Below are positions 16,098 through 16,997 of a stretch of DNA of 16,997 nucleotides, in pieces. Within the stretch, counting starts at the first letter, position 1, and every line of letters begins with the position of its first letter. The position numbers were made by a program, and so were the translations under genes. The notes below the pieces were generated by a model. The model worked only from the letters and a program-made list of their open reading frames with translations, did not search any database and was not told where the DNA came from. The stretch is from Longimicrobiales bacterium (GTDB taxonomy: Bacteria > Gemmatimonadota > Gemmatimonadetes > Longimicrobiales > Gaopeijiaceae), in assembly GCA_965198065.1 (NCBI GenBank), contig CBDAON010000002.1, positions 1 through 16,997 of the forward strand, given 5' to 3'.

Positions 16098-16997
16098 ATG
16101 TTCCCACGCCTACTGGTGTTGGCCACCGTTGGGGGATTGGTGTTCGCGGCCGATACGGACGCTCAGCTCGTGAACCTCAGAAGCGTGCCGGTCGCGTCCG
16201 GCGACCAGTTCCTCATCTACCCGACGGAGCGGCTCGGCATGGCCGGACCCTCCATCGCGCTTGCTGATCGCTGGCTGGATCCGTTCGTAAACCCCGCGAA
16301 GGGCCGGGCCCTCTCGGAATCGGCCTTCTTCGGCGCCCCAACCCTGTACGGGATCTCGGCGGACAACGGCGGAGGCAAGGCGCTCCCGATTGGAGCGCTC
16401 TTCACCGGCGCCGACTGGTTCGGTGGGGGTTCGGTGGCCCTGCAGCAGATCGAGAACCGGGAGCCACGGAGCCGCTTCGTCTGGTTCGATTGGTGGGGTT
16501 GGAACAGCTCGGCCTAACGGCTGGACGAGAGCGCGGCCAGGAACGTCTACCTCCACGGGCTCCTGGGGCGGCGCGTGAGCGGGTCCCTCGCCGTCGGGGC
16601 GAGCCTCGCATACGCTTCGATTGGTGGGGTGGACGGGGTGGACCTCCTCTATCAGGGGAGCGACGGGGTCGACCAGAGCGGGCACGTGCTGGATGCCCGT
16701 GCTGGGCTCTCCGGCACGGACTCGCGCGACGGGACGTACGAGCTCCTCGTCCTCTACCGCCGTTCCGACATGCGGCACGATGTCCGGTACATCGAATGGC
16801 GGTGGATCGAGGAGGAGGGCGAGTCGCGCTCGGAGGTGTTCGTGCGCGAGGCCACGGAATTCGACGACACCCGGACCTGGGGATTTCACGGCGGCGCGTA
16901 CGATCGCCCGATCCTCGGACGGGGGCTGGCGAGCCGGAGGGCTCCTCACCGTGAACCGGAAGGACCACCCGAAGATTCCGAACTACGAGCTCCAGAA
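16098..16997 (+). pseudogene. Putative outer-membrane beta-barrel protein (FadL/PorV-like N-terminal motif) with an in-frame TAA and a probable frameshift; runs off the window end
   Basis: GGAG RBS, signal peptide, LGMAGPSIALADRWLDPFVNPAKG. After TAA 16515-16517 the same frame continues with amphipathic strands (NVYLHGLLGRR, LAVGASLAY, TYELLVLYRR, RTWGFHGG). Probable shift near 16915 to GWRAGGLLTVNRKDHPKIPNYELQ. Confidence 0.65.

Noticed and set aside
1..16997. Stop-codon reassignment or Sec/Pyl recoding to explain the in-frame stops
   Set aside because: All three stop types occur as lesions (TAG 209-211, TGA 2795-2797, TAA 16515-16517), while TAG and TGA terminate intact genes normally, and most affected genes carry further lesions.

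Overview
GC-rich bacterial chromosomal window, probably Gemmatimonadota or a related soil/sediment/sponge lineage (inferred from the PadR/ADOP-permease cassettes, NHL lipoprotein and DUF4097 gene). Intact genes: an NHL-repeat lipoprotein, a vapBC-type toxin-antitoxin pair, a PadR regulator, a PLP trans-sulfuration enzyme, an LPS/envelope glycosyltransferase cluster (GT2, GT9 heptosyltransferase, GT2) containing a DUF4254 protein split into two mutually homologous genes, a GT2 that resembles eukaryotic queuosine-tRNA galactosyltransferase (QTGAL/B3GNTL1), a SerB-like HAD phosphatase and a probably leaderless ilvD. About nine accessory genes between them look broken by nonsense codons, frameshifts or large deletions: DUF3095, two ADOP permeases, a PIN toxin relic, a probable cytochrome c stub, DUF4097, a glycine-rich repeat protein, a TPR protein and a putative outer-membrane barrel. 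This suggests ongoing genome erosion, possibly mixed with long-read indel errors. No rRNA, tRNA, CRISPR array or IS element was seen. All family assignments come from motif recognition, not database searches.
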